The translations under genes and the position numbers were made by a program. DNA of 61,297 bases from a virus (taxonomy: Duplodnaviria > Caudoviricetes): IMG/VR virus record IMGVR_UViG_3300028802_000015, positions 1 through 61,297 of that record. The stretch is one strand, 5' to 3'. Position 1 is the first letter of the stretch. Every line of letters starts with the position of its first letter. The notes below the pieces were generated by a model. It saw only the letters and a list, made by a program, of their open reading frames with translations. It searched no databases and had not been told where the DNA came from. This document shows positions 26,740 through 34,958 of the stretch, in pieces.

Positions 26740-26741
26740 GC

Positions 26742-27107
26742 TTACTCCGGGCGCTCGTCGTCGGTGATCCCGGCCAGCGGGTCCCACATGCTGTTGACGG
26801 TGAACTGGATATCCGAGTCCGACGACGGCGCGTCGATCGCCGGGTTGCTCGACACGGCCAGCGCGATCCGCTGGATCGTCGGCTCCGGGTCAGCGGGTGG
26901 CATCGACAGCCCACCCATCGGCGACGTGTTCGCGGTCACCCCGAGCACCGAGTTCGCCAGGACCGCGCGCTTGTCGTGGTAGTCATCGAACCCCTTGCCG
27001 CGCGCCTCCGAGAGGATCGCAAGCGCCGCGCTGATCGACGCCATGCGGACCCGGTTCTGGAAGTTCGGGTCGTTGGCGAGGTTGTACTGGTCGAGGAACG
27101 TGGGCAC
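26742..27107 (-). CDS. Tail-region hypothetical protein (possible fibre chaperone)
   Basis: GTAGGAGGCACC-GTG; follows the collar-domain fibre. Confidence 0.75.
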   Translation of the reverse strand: MPTFLDQYNLANDPNFQNRVRMASISAALAILSEARGKGFDDYHDKRAVLANSVLGVTANTSPMGGLSMPPADPEPTIQRIALAVSSNPAIDAPSSDSDIQFTVNSMWDPLAGITDDERPE

Positions 27108-27115
27108 GGTGCCTC

Positions 27116-27805
27116 CTACGTCTTGATGATGAAGTTGATCCCGAGCCAGGGTGGCATGTTGGCGTCCGTCGGTGAGACACCAGCCGCGACCGCGCTCGCG
27201 TCTACGGTGATCGCGTGGGTGTGGTTGGCGCTGATGCCTCCGGTGCTGAACGTGTGGCTGTGCAGCGCTGACTGGGTGCCACCGTTGCCAGTGCCCGCCG
27301 CCTGACCGGCCTGCCCGTTCGCGCCACCTACGTCACGGACACGGACCTGCGCGCCAGCGCCGCCGATCTGGCTCACGTCCCACTGCACGTTGATGCCGTG
27401 CGAGTGGAGTTGCGCCTCACCGGCGGTGGTGCCGGAGTGGGTGTGGTCGGCGCTGACCGTGCCGGATGACGCGGTGTGCGCGTGGCTGTGGGAGTGGCTG
27501 GCGACAACCGCGTCCTGCGCACCACCGGTCGCGGCCCGGACCCGGTTCGTCAGCCCGGTCCCGGTCCCGACACCGAGCGGCACCCGGCCCCGCAAGTCGG
27601 GCACGTTGAACGTGGTGGACCCGTCACCCGTGCCGTAGGCCGTACCGATCGCGTTGAACAGGTTGGCGTAGGCGGTGCGGGACACCGCTGTCCCGTCGCA
27701 CAGCAGCCACCCGGCCGGTGCGGCTGCGCCCGCGTACATGGTCGCCGCGCCAGGGGGCACGGCTGCCAGGGCAGCGGGCTCCGGGTACAGCGTGACGCCG
27801 CTCAT
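27116..27805 (-). CDS. Tail-collar domain fibre protein with HxH repeats
   Basis: GWLLCDGTAVSRTAYANLFNAIGTAYGTGDGSTTFNVPDLRGR; NFIIKT end. Confidence 0.88.
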   Translation of the reverse strand: MSGVTLYPEPAALAAVPPGAATMYAGAAAPAGWLLCDGTAVSRTAYANLFNAIGTAYGTGDGSTTFNVPDLRGRVPLGVGTGTGLTNRVRAATGGAQDAVVASHSHSHAHTASSGTVSADHTHSGTTAGEAQLHSHGINVQWDVSQIGGAGAQVRVRDVGGANGQAGQAAGTGNGGTQSALHSHTFSTGGISANHTHAITVDASAVAAGVSPTDANMPPWLGINFIIKT

Positions 27806-28146
27806 GCGAAGGTCAGCCCGCTCACCGTGAGGGTCAGCGCTGAGGCGGCTGAGGCGTGGGCGACGACGGTCCCTCCGGCCGGGAGGATCTGGGACAGGTC
27901 GAACGTCAGCACCGACTTCACTGGCACGTCAATGTCATGCAGCACCCGGTTGGCTGTTCCTCCCGTCCCGCCACCGGGGACCAGTGACACGAACGCGCTG
28001 GCGGTGGCGTTGGTGATGTTGGCGATGATCAGTTGCTTGACGATGATCGAGAGTCCGACGGGCACCGTGTAGATCACCGCCGCCGCGTTGGCGAGCGTGA
28101 GTTGTGCGAGACGCACCGGGATGTAAACGGGGGGTGCTGGCATCAC
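27802..28146 (-). CDS. Small tail-associated protein (paralogue of 29258..29701)
   Basis: YTVP..LVPGGG.GG..NRVLH..FDL.Q.L. Confidence 0.7.
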   Translation of the reverse strand: MMPAPPVYIPVRLAQLTLANAAAVIYTVPVGLSIIVKQLIIANITNATASAFVSLVPGGGTGGTANRVLHDIDVPVKSVLTFDLSQILPAGGTVVAHASAASALTLTVSGLTFA

Positions 28147-29270
28147 AACTCCGAACTGAGGTCGAGGTAGGCACCAGCGGTGCCGTTCCTGATCCAGACA
28201 CCCTGCCCAGAGGTGGGCCCGGCTGCGGTGTTGACGTGCAACTCAAGGGAGTCGGCGCTGGTCCCCGCAGCGGCGACAGCCGTGCTGGTGCCGCTGGCCC
28301 CACCACCCCATGCACTGAAATGTGTCTGCGCCGAAGCGGTCAGTGTCGGTGCGGCGCGCATGGTCGGGTAGTGCAAGGCGCAGTAGTAGTCGAAGTTCTG
28401 CCAGGCCGTGCCGCTGGCGACAGCCGTGTTCGCAGCCGAATACAACTTGCGGATGAAGTAGCGCTGGTTCCACACCATCTGCAACGCCTGCGGCAAGCGG
28501 TCGAACGGGGTGGCGAGCGACCCGGCCTCCAACTGCACGTCGGTCAGGGTGATCGTGGCGTTCTGGATGCCGATGCTCGACGCGTGGCTGGCATTGGTCG
28601 TACCCGACGACAGGTAGATGTTGATCTGCAACGAGTCGGTGCCGCTGCTGCCGTAGGTCTTGCCGGTCAGCGACGGCACGGTGAACGTCACGAAGTACCG
28701 GGTCTTGGTGGTGCTGATCGTAATCGCCGCGACCGGGGTATAGACGATCGCCGACGGAGCCCCGCCGGACCCGAAATACTGGACGCACTCCACGCCGACC
28801 TTCGGGGTGCCGGTGCCGCTGAACGCCTCGAATGAGAGGGTGGCCTGCTGACCGGCGAGCCGGTGCACGCCCTCGACCACGAAGGTCCAGCCAGCGAAGT
28901 CACCGGCCGCAGACTGGCTGGCGACCACCGACTCCATGCCGTACCGGGCACCGGTGCCCAACGTGAGTTGCCGCAGGTTGGCGGTCATGGTGCCGCCGGA
29001 CACGAACTGATACCAGCCGTCGATGGTGTACCGACCGCTGGTGGTGAACGGCCCAGGGCCGCGCTGCGCTATCTGGCAGTCGCCGTTGCGGATGACGTTG
29101 CGGCTACCTGGCAGCGCCAGGAGTTGCGCGATCGTCGCGTCCCTGGCGGCGAGCAGCGTCTCGACTCGCTCGGCCAGCAACTTGATCGTGTTGTCGCCGT
29201 CGCGCACGTCGTCGCCGCCGACCGGGTACGGCAGCGCGTAGGTCGGGGTGCTGGCGCTCACCCGGACCAC
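28143..29270 (-). CDS. Tail fibre / receptor-binding protein
   Basis: TPTYALPYP N-terminus; SRNVIRNGD..QRG; QLEAGSLATPF. Confidence 0.75.
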   Translation of the reverse strand: MVRVSASTPTYALPYPVGGDDVRDGDNTIKLLAERVETLLAARDATIAQLLALPGSRNVIRNGDCQIAQRGPGPFTTSGRYTIDGWYQFVSGGTMTANLRQLTLGTGARYGMESVVASQSAAGDFAGWTFVVEGVHRLAGQQATLSFEAFSGTGTPKVGVECVQYFGSGGAPSAIVYTPVAAITISTTKTRYFVTFTVPSLTGKTYGSSGTDSLQINIYLSSGTTNASHASSIGIQNATITLTDVQLEAGSLATPFDRLPQALQMVWNQRYFIRKLYSAANTAVASGTAWQNFDYYCALHYPTMRAAPTLTASAQTHFSAWGGGASGTSTAVAAAGTSADSLELHVNTAAGPTSGQGVWIRNGTAGAYLDLSSEL

Positions 29271-29701
29271 GAGTCCCAGGTCGTACCGGCGGGGATCGAG
29301 TCCCAGGTCCGGCCCAACGGCTGCGCGTCCCAGGCCCGGGTGTCACCGGGCCAGTCGAACTCCACCCCACCGACGGTCATCGTCACGATGCTCGCCGTCG
29401 CAGCGTGGCCGACCACCATGTCCCCGGCCTCCAACACCTGATGCAAGTCGAACGCCAGTGACGACTCGGCCCGCAGGTCGAGGTTGTGGATGATCCGGTT
29501 CCCGACCCCGCCGACCCCACCGCCGCGGGGGACCAGGCCGATGAACACCTGGGTGGCCGCTCCGGTGTTGGCGAGGGACACCTGCTGGACCACCGCCATC
29601 TTCCCGCTCGGCACGGTGTACGCGGTGGCGGAGGCGGCGTTGGGCAGCACGACCTGACCCATCCGGGCGGGCAGGTAGAGAGCGTTGGGGTTGGTCGGCA
29701 C
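29258..29701 (-). CDS. Small tail-associated protein
   Basis: Paralogue of 27802..28146 with a Trp-repeat (TWDS) tail. Confidence 0.7.
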   Translation of the reverse strand: MPTNPNALYLPARMGQVVLPNAASATAYTVPSGKMAVVQQVSLANTGAATQVFIGLVPRGGGVGGVGNRIIHNLDLRAESSLAFDLHQVLEAGDMVVGHAATASIVTMTVGGVEFDWPGDTRAWDAQPLGRTWDSIPAGTTWDSWSG

Positions 29702-30490
29702 TTAGAAGCCGCCCATCGCCATGACCGGTTCCCAGCCACGCACCCCGGTGCCGGACACCGCGACCCACTCGGTGCCGTTCCACACGTAGAGCGTGTTGTC
29801 GTCGGTGTCGAGCCAGGTCCAGCCGGGGTCGGGAGTCGCCGGAGGCCCCGGCTGGACGTAGATGGGCTGACCGGGCACACCCTGGTCGCCTTGCGGACCT
29901 TCGGGACCGACAGGGCCAGCGGGTCCTACCGGCCCTGTCGGTCCGGTCGCCCCGGTCGGGCCGGTGTCGCCCTGCGGGCCCTGGTTGCCGGTCGGCCCGG
30001 TGTTGCCGATGGGCCCCTGCGCACCGGTCGCACCGGTCGGTCCCTGGGGTCCGGTCGCGCCGGTGTCGCCCTTCGGTCCCTGCGGTCCAGCGGCCCCGGT
30101 GGAGGCGCTGGCCCACGCCGAGTAGACCCGGATGCCGCCCTGGGTGCGGAATGTCCGGATGTACCGGTCCGGCGGGGAACCAGCGAAGCCCTTCTCTGAC
30201 ACCTCCTGCACGCCGCTGCCGTCCGAATAGGCGACGGTGGTCCCGATCCACTGCCGGGCCCCGTCCGGGCTGTTCAGGGCCCCCACAGGCGTCCAGAAGT
30301 ACCCGTTGAACGCGGCGGTGTCCGTGTTCCAGTCGTTGATCGGGGTGGCGTAGGGCGCGAACCCCGGTCCGAGCAGGTCGGAGGCGGACCGGACCTGCGG
30401 ACGCCGCTCCTCGTGCAGCACCCGCTTCTCGACGCCACGCATCCAGTCGTTCGCGTCCACGTCGATCGTCCAGTTGTTCTGGCCGCCCAC
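29702..30490 (-). CDS. Collagen-like minor tail protein
   Basis: Long Gly-X-Y run; GAGGAGGT RBS. Confidence 0.85.
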   Translation of the reverse strand: MGGQNNWTIDVDANDWMRGVEKRVLHEERRPQVRSASDLLGPGFAPYATPINDWNTDTAAFNGYFWTPVGALNSPDGARQWIGTTVAYSDGSGVQEVSEKGFAGSPPDRYIRTFRTQGGIRVYSAWASASTGAAGPQGPKGDTGATGPQGPTGATGAQGPIGNTGPTGNQGPQGDTGPTGATGPTGPVGPAGPVGPEGPQGDQGVPGQPIYVQPGPPATPDPGWTWLDTDDNTLYVWNGTEWVAVSGTGVRGWEPVMAMGGF

Positions 30491-30504
30491 GACCCACCTC
30501 CTCG

Positions 30505-30517
30505 TTTAGTGACTAAA
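30505..30517. promoter_or_regulatory. 13-bp palindrome TTTAGTGACTAAA (copy 19)
   Basis: Read directly. Confidence 0.9.
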
Positions 30518-30520
30518 CGC

Positions 30521-33500
30521 TCACTCGGCAGCCGCAGCGTCAGCGTCCGGGTCCTGTCCACCACGTGGTGCGGGGCTCATCACGACCTGCACCTTCTCAC
30601 CGTTGGTGTCGGCGACGACGGTCACCGAGTCCAACTTCTGCCACTGCCCCACCTGGCGGCAGGTCCCCTCGGACCGCAGCGGTATCCACACCCCGGGGAC
30701 CAGTTGGTCGAACCCGACCCCGACCTGCGGGTTCAGCATCGAGTTGTCCGGCACCCGCACCACGATCGGCGACGGCCACCGCCCGGCGATGTTCCGCTGG
30801 GCCTGCGACTCCAACTGCGTGATGAGCGCCTGCCGTGCGGCCGGGGTTAGCGCCTCGTCGGTGGCCGCGGACGCCTCGTCGTAGGCGGACGCCAGCATCT
30901 CGATCGGCCCGTAGTAGGCGTTGGGGAACGGCTCGTCCTTGGGACGCACCGCGCCCCACACCCCGGACCCGTTGGTGACCGCCTCGTAGTTCGCGGTCTG
31001 CATCCCGTACTCGGTGACGATCGGCGGCTGGTCGAAGTCGTTGTCCCGCATCTCCGGCAGGCGGCCGATCGCCCGGTGGGTGTCCCACAGGATGATCCGG
31101 CGACCGACCGTGGTGTAGTCCAGCCCGGCGGTCGCTGCCAGGTCGTCCACCTGCTCCCACGCGGTCTGGCTGTAGTCGGCGACCACCCGGGACTGCCGGG
31201 CGTCGTCCGGCCCGTTCAGCGCCGTCAGGTGCGGCAGGATGTTCGGGTCGCTGGGGGCCAGCGCATTCACGATGATCATCTGCGCGCGCTCGACCACGGT
31301 CCGCAGCCCGCGCTGCACCCCACCGGAGGTGACCGGCAGCCCGGTGACCGGATCGACCATCTGGAACGAGTCGTTGTACCCCTGCCGCATGATCCGCCGG
31401 TAGAGGTACGCCATCACGTCCTTCGCCTCGATCTCGACGGACTGCGTGGTGTATGTGATCCGGGTGATCGGCCCCTCCCACACCCGCTTCTCGTCGCGGA
31501 ACACCACGAGTTCGTGCGCCCAGGAACGCAGGTCGGCGTAGAGGCGGCAGCAGTCCGGGCCGAAGCCGTTGGTGTCCACGACGCACGCGGAAATGTCGTC
31601 GCGGCGACGGCTGAACGTGAGGTTGCTGACCGGGGTGATCTCGCCCCTGGGGGTGCGCCCGCCCTGGTCGTAGATGAACACCCGGTAGGTGCCGCAACCC
31701 AGCGCACCCTGGATCTTCGGGTTCGCCACGACCGGCTTCGCGGTGACCTCGGAGCCGGGGGTGGCGATCGACCAGAACGTCGCCGGTGCCGACCAGTCCG
31801 ACTGGGTGCCGCCACCGGTGTCGTAGGTCCGGACCTGCCACTCGTAGTGGTAGCCCGGCGCGAACGTCTCGATCGGGAACACCCAGTACGGGTTGGCCCC
31901 GGGGATGCCCGGGGTCTGCGCACCCACGTGGGTGATCCACGCCGAGTCGTCCTGACCGACCAGCCGCCACCGCACGTCCGCGCGCTTCTGGGTGTCACCG
32001 GCGTCGTAGTCGATGAACCGCCACGCCATCGTGACCGTCTTGGTCACATCCACCGCCACGTCCCGCACCGGCAGGAGCAATTGCGGTGGGCTGGTGGTGC
32101 CCATCGAGTAGAACGAGTTGGCGAACGACCAGTCCGACCAGCGGCCCTGCAAGTCCTTGGTGCGGACCATCCACTCGTAGTACGTGGAGCCCTTGAATGT
32201 GCCGGGTGGTGCCGTCCAGTTCACGACGGCGCTGCTGGACCCGTCCACCAGGACCCACGGCCCGGACGCCTGGGACACGGTGGCCGCGGTCCGGTACTGC
32301 AACTGGAAGCCGGACTGCGCGTCCCCGTCGTCGGGGTCCTCGAACGTCCACGAGAACCCGATCGGGGACAGCGACGGCATGTTGGCGTTCTCGGCCGGGC
32401 TGATCAGCGTGGACGCCGTGGGGCCACGGTTGGTCCAGAAGTCGATGCTGTTGAAGTCCTCGCTGATCAGACCCCGGTTGTCCTGCGCGTACAGCCGTGC
32501 GTAGTAGTGGGTGTCCTGCGCCAGACCGGTCAGGTCGATGAACGCCCGCTGCTCGTTGCCGAACCAGTCGGTCCAGTAGTCCCCGTAGGTCGCGAAGTTG
32601 CTGATCGTGGTGAGCCGGACCAGCATCCGGATCACATCTTCGGGGTTCGGGTCGTTGACCTCCGCCTCGACGCGCACCGTCCCGGTGGACCGGGTGGGCA
32701 CCTCGGTCTCCGCGTCAATGTCGTTGATCTTCACGGCGGTCGGCGCGGTGGGCTTGAGGTTCTCGGGCGGGGGCTCGCCCCACTTGACGACAACCGTGCC
32801 ACCAGCGGTCCCGCCGGTCCCGCGCTCGCTCTTGGCCGCGGTCAGGCCACCGGTGTAGTTGGCTCCACCGGCACCGCCGCCGCCGACCCTGACGCCCTTG
32901 CGGGACGCTGCGCCGCCGCCGCCGGAGTGGTAGCCACCACCGCCGCCGCCGCCACCGTGGCAGTCGCCTGAGGGAGGGGAACCGCCCTCGCCGCCGGGTT
33001 GCAGGATGCCGGTGCCCGGGGTCCTGTCGTTCGGCTTGTGGCCGCCGCCCCAACCGGCGAACCCGCCACCGGCCGGGGTGGTGCCACCGGCACCGCCGCG
33101 GGTCTGGGTGCCGCCGAGAGCGGAGTCGATCGGCCCGTCACCGGAGTTGCCGTCCGCGCCAGCGCCACCGGTCGCAGCGCCGCCAGCGCCACCCTTGCCA
33201 GCGTCCCCGGACGCGCCACCAGCACCACCGGCGACCGCCTTGAGGGAGCCGCTCTGGGTGCCGAGGCGGATGACGGTGGCACCGCCGCCACCGTCGCCAC
33301 CCTGACCGTTCCGGCCGCGACCACCAGCCCCGCCACCACCGAACACCGCGGACCCGGGGTTGGCCCCGGAGTTGGGCTTGCCGACACCGCCGCAGGAGAT
33401 CCAGAGTTTCTGCAACGGGGTGACCGCGAGACGGCCCTCGACCTTGCCGCCATGGCTGTTACCGGACCCACCGCCGGTCAGCGTGAGCGTCACCGATGTG

Positions 33501-33562
33501 ACGCCCTCGGGCACGGTGAACGTCTGCCACCCGCCCGAGTACCCGTATGACTCGGTGGGCAT
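30521..33562 (-). CDS. Large minor tail / baseplate-hub protein (Gly-rich + FN3/Ig-like repeats + hub domain)
   Basis: 1013 aa, second gene after tape measure; YYEWMVRT/YHYEWQVRT..SDWS repeats. Confidence 0.8.
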   Translation of the reverse strand: MPTESYGYSGGWQTFTVPEGVTSVTLTLTGGGSGNSHGGKVEGRLAVTPLQKLWISCGGVGKPNSGANPGSAVFGGGGAGGRGRNGQGGDGGGGATVIRLGTQSGSLKAVAGGAGGASGDAGKGGAGGAATGGAGADGNSGDGPIDSALGGTQTRGGAGGTTPAGGGFAGWGGGHKPNDRTPGTGILQPGGEGGSPPSGDCHGGGGGGGGYHSGGGGAASRKGVRVGGGGAGGANYTGGLTAAKSERGTGGTAGGTVVVKWGEPPPENLKPTAPTAVKINDIDAETEVPTRSTGTVRVEAEVNDPNPEDVIRMLVRLTTISNFATYGDYWTDWFGNEQRAFIDLTGLAQDTHYYARLYAQDNRGLISEDFNSIDFWTNRGPTASTLISPAENANMPSLSPIGFSWTFEDPDDGDAQSGFQLQYRTAATVSQASGPWVLVDGSSSAVVNWTAPPGTFKGSTYYEWMVRTKDLQGRWSDWSFANSFYSMGTTSPPQLLLPVRDVAVDVTKTVTMAWRFIDYDAGDTQKRADVRWRLVGQDDSAWITHVGAQTPGIPGANPYWVFPIETFAPGYHYEWQVRTYDTGGGTQSDWSAPATFWSIATPGSEVTAKPVVANPKIQGALGCGTYRVFIYDQGGRTPRGEITPVSNLTFSRRRDDISACVVDTNGFGPDCCRLYADLRSWAHELVVFRDEKRVWEGPITRITYTTQSVEIEAKDVMAYLYRRIMRQGYNDSFQMVDPVTGLPVTSGGVQRGLRTVVERAQMIIVNALAPSDPNILPHLTALNGPDDARQSRVVADYSQTAWEQVDDLAATAGLDYTTVGRRIILWDTHRAIGRLPEMRDNDFDQPPIVTEYGMQTANYEAVTNGSGVWGAVRPKDEPFPNAYYGPIEMLASAYDEASAATDEALTPAARQALITQLESQAQRNIAGRWPSPIVVRVPDNSMLNPQVGVGFDQLVPGVWIPLRSEGTCRQVGQWQKLDSVTVVADTNGEKVQVVMSPAPRGGQDPDADAAAAE

Positions 33563-34926
33563 CAGGCGGCTCGGCTGTAGAGCGACAGGTCAACGATCGG
33601 CGGCTTCTGGGTCTGCGGCAGGTCCACCGTCACCACGTAGCCGATCCCGCAGGACAGTTCCGGCCACGCGAACGGGTTGCCGTCGGAGCCGAACACCAGG
33701 CTGTCCGCGCGGCGGCGGCCACCACCGGGGGTCTGCAAGTAAACCACCCGGTCGGAGCCGTCGAACACCAGCGTGGAGTTCTGCGGGATGTACGAGAACA
33801 CAATGTCGCCGCAGAAGTTGCACGGGTCCTGGTTGGGGTCACCGGCCCCAGAGGAGTCGCTGTAGAACCGCAGCCGCATCGAGCGCACCTCGTACAGCGG
33901 GGCCCTGATCTGCAACATGGGCACGACCTCACCCCACAGCGGCACCCGGTCCTTGGGGATCACGAACTGCCGCCTGATGTAGTTGACCGGGAAGTCGAAG
34001 CAGGCGATATCCACGTTGGGCAGGCCGGGCGGCGGGATCACGAACGGGCAGGCCGGGTCGAACACCGGGGTGTAGTCCTCGACGGGGCAGGTGACCTCGG
34101 TCTGCACGAACCCGTCCACGTCGAACATGCCGCCCTCGGGGACCTCGCCACCGGCGTAGGGCACGTCCACCTCGGGGTCCATGAAGCCGATCACGACCGG
34201 CTCCTCCTGGCCCCACTCGTAGGGGTTGCCCGCGACGATCGTGAACGTGGCGGTCCATACGCAGCCGCCGTCGGTCATCGTCTGCTTGCCGCTGACGGTG
34301 GGCCCGGTGAGCAGGGTCGCGTTGCGCAGGGTCCGCAGGTAGGCGTTGAGGCAGGACGACATGTCCACGGTCGGGTTCATCCCGTCCATGCGCACACCGT
34401 CCACACCGAAGCCGAACCGGCGGTCGAGCATCGCCAGGTCCAGGGTCGGCTCGCACTTGAGGTAGCACAGGTCGTGGCCCTGGCAGGAGCCGCTGGCCGG
34501 TCCGGCGCACGCCTGCCCGCCGAGGGCCGCGCGCAGCCACCGCATCCCCGCTTCGACGCCGCACTCGTTGGCACCGATCAGTGCCACGTTGAACGTGACG
34601 CTGCGGGTGGTGTGCCGGACCCGGCCGATGACACCGCCGTCGCCGACGTTCTCGGTGATGGTCGCCGACCAGGTGGCGTCCTCCACGCCGCCCACGTCCA
34701 GCGGGTAGCAGCCGAAGAAGTCGAAGGTGTCGGGGTCGCGCCAGTCCAACCACGGGGCGTCGTCCTGCAACGGGCTGGTGTACGTCTCCTCCAACAGGGG
34801 GCCGAGGTACTCGTTGCGGTAGATCGGCTTGAACCACCCGACGCCGGAGTTGCGGGCGTACACCTCGGTCCGCTGGGCGTTGACGATCTCCGTCCCGCCG
34901 TACTCGTAGTAGCCGATCCACGCCAC
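33562..34926 (-). CDS. Minor tail protein (distal tail, Dit-like position)
   Basis: Directly after tape measure; AGGAGG RBS. Confidence 0.8.
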   Translation of the reverse strand: MAWIGYYEYGGTEIVNAQRTEVYARNSGVGWFKPIYRNEYLGPLLEETYTSPLQDDAPWLDWRDPDTFDFFGCYPLDVGGVEDATWSATITENVGDGGVIGRVRHTTRSVTFNVALIGANECGVEAGMRWLRAALGGQACAGPASGSCQGHDLCYLKCEPTLDLAMLDRRFGFGVDGVRMDGMNPTVDMSSCLNAYLRTLRNATLLTGPTVSGKQTMTDGGCVWTATFTIVAGNPYEWGQEEPVVIGFMDPEVDVPYAGGEVPEGGMFDVDGFVQTEVTCPVEDYTPVFDPACPFVIPPPGLPNVDIACFDFPVNYIRRQFVIPKDRVPLWGEVVPMLQIRAPLYEVRSMRLRFYSDSSGAGDPNQDPCNFCGDIVFSYIPQNSTLVFDGSDRVVYLQTPGGGRRRADSLVFGSDGNPFAWPELSCGIGYVVTVDLPQTQKPPIVDLSLYSRAA

Positions 34927-34940
34927 CGTGGGGCCTCCTG

Positions 34941-34953
34941 TTTAGTGACTAAA
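34941..34953. promoter_or_regulatory. 13-bp palindrome TTTAGTGACTAAA (copy 20)
   Basis: Read directly. Confidence 0.9.
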
Positions 34954-34958
34954 CCGAC

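Noticed and set aside
23617-29270. Diversity-generating retroelement or invertase shufflon behind the duplicated fibre domains
   Set aside because: No reverse transcriptase or site-specific recombinase seen; paralogues differ throughout, not only at adenines, and all lie in one orientation
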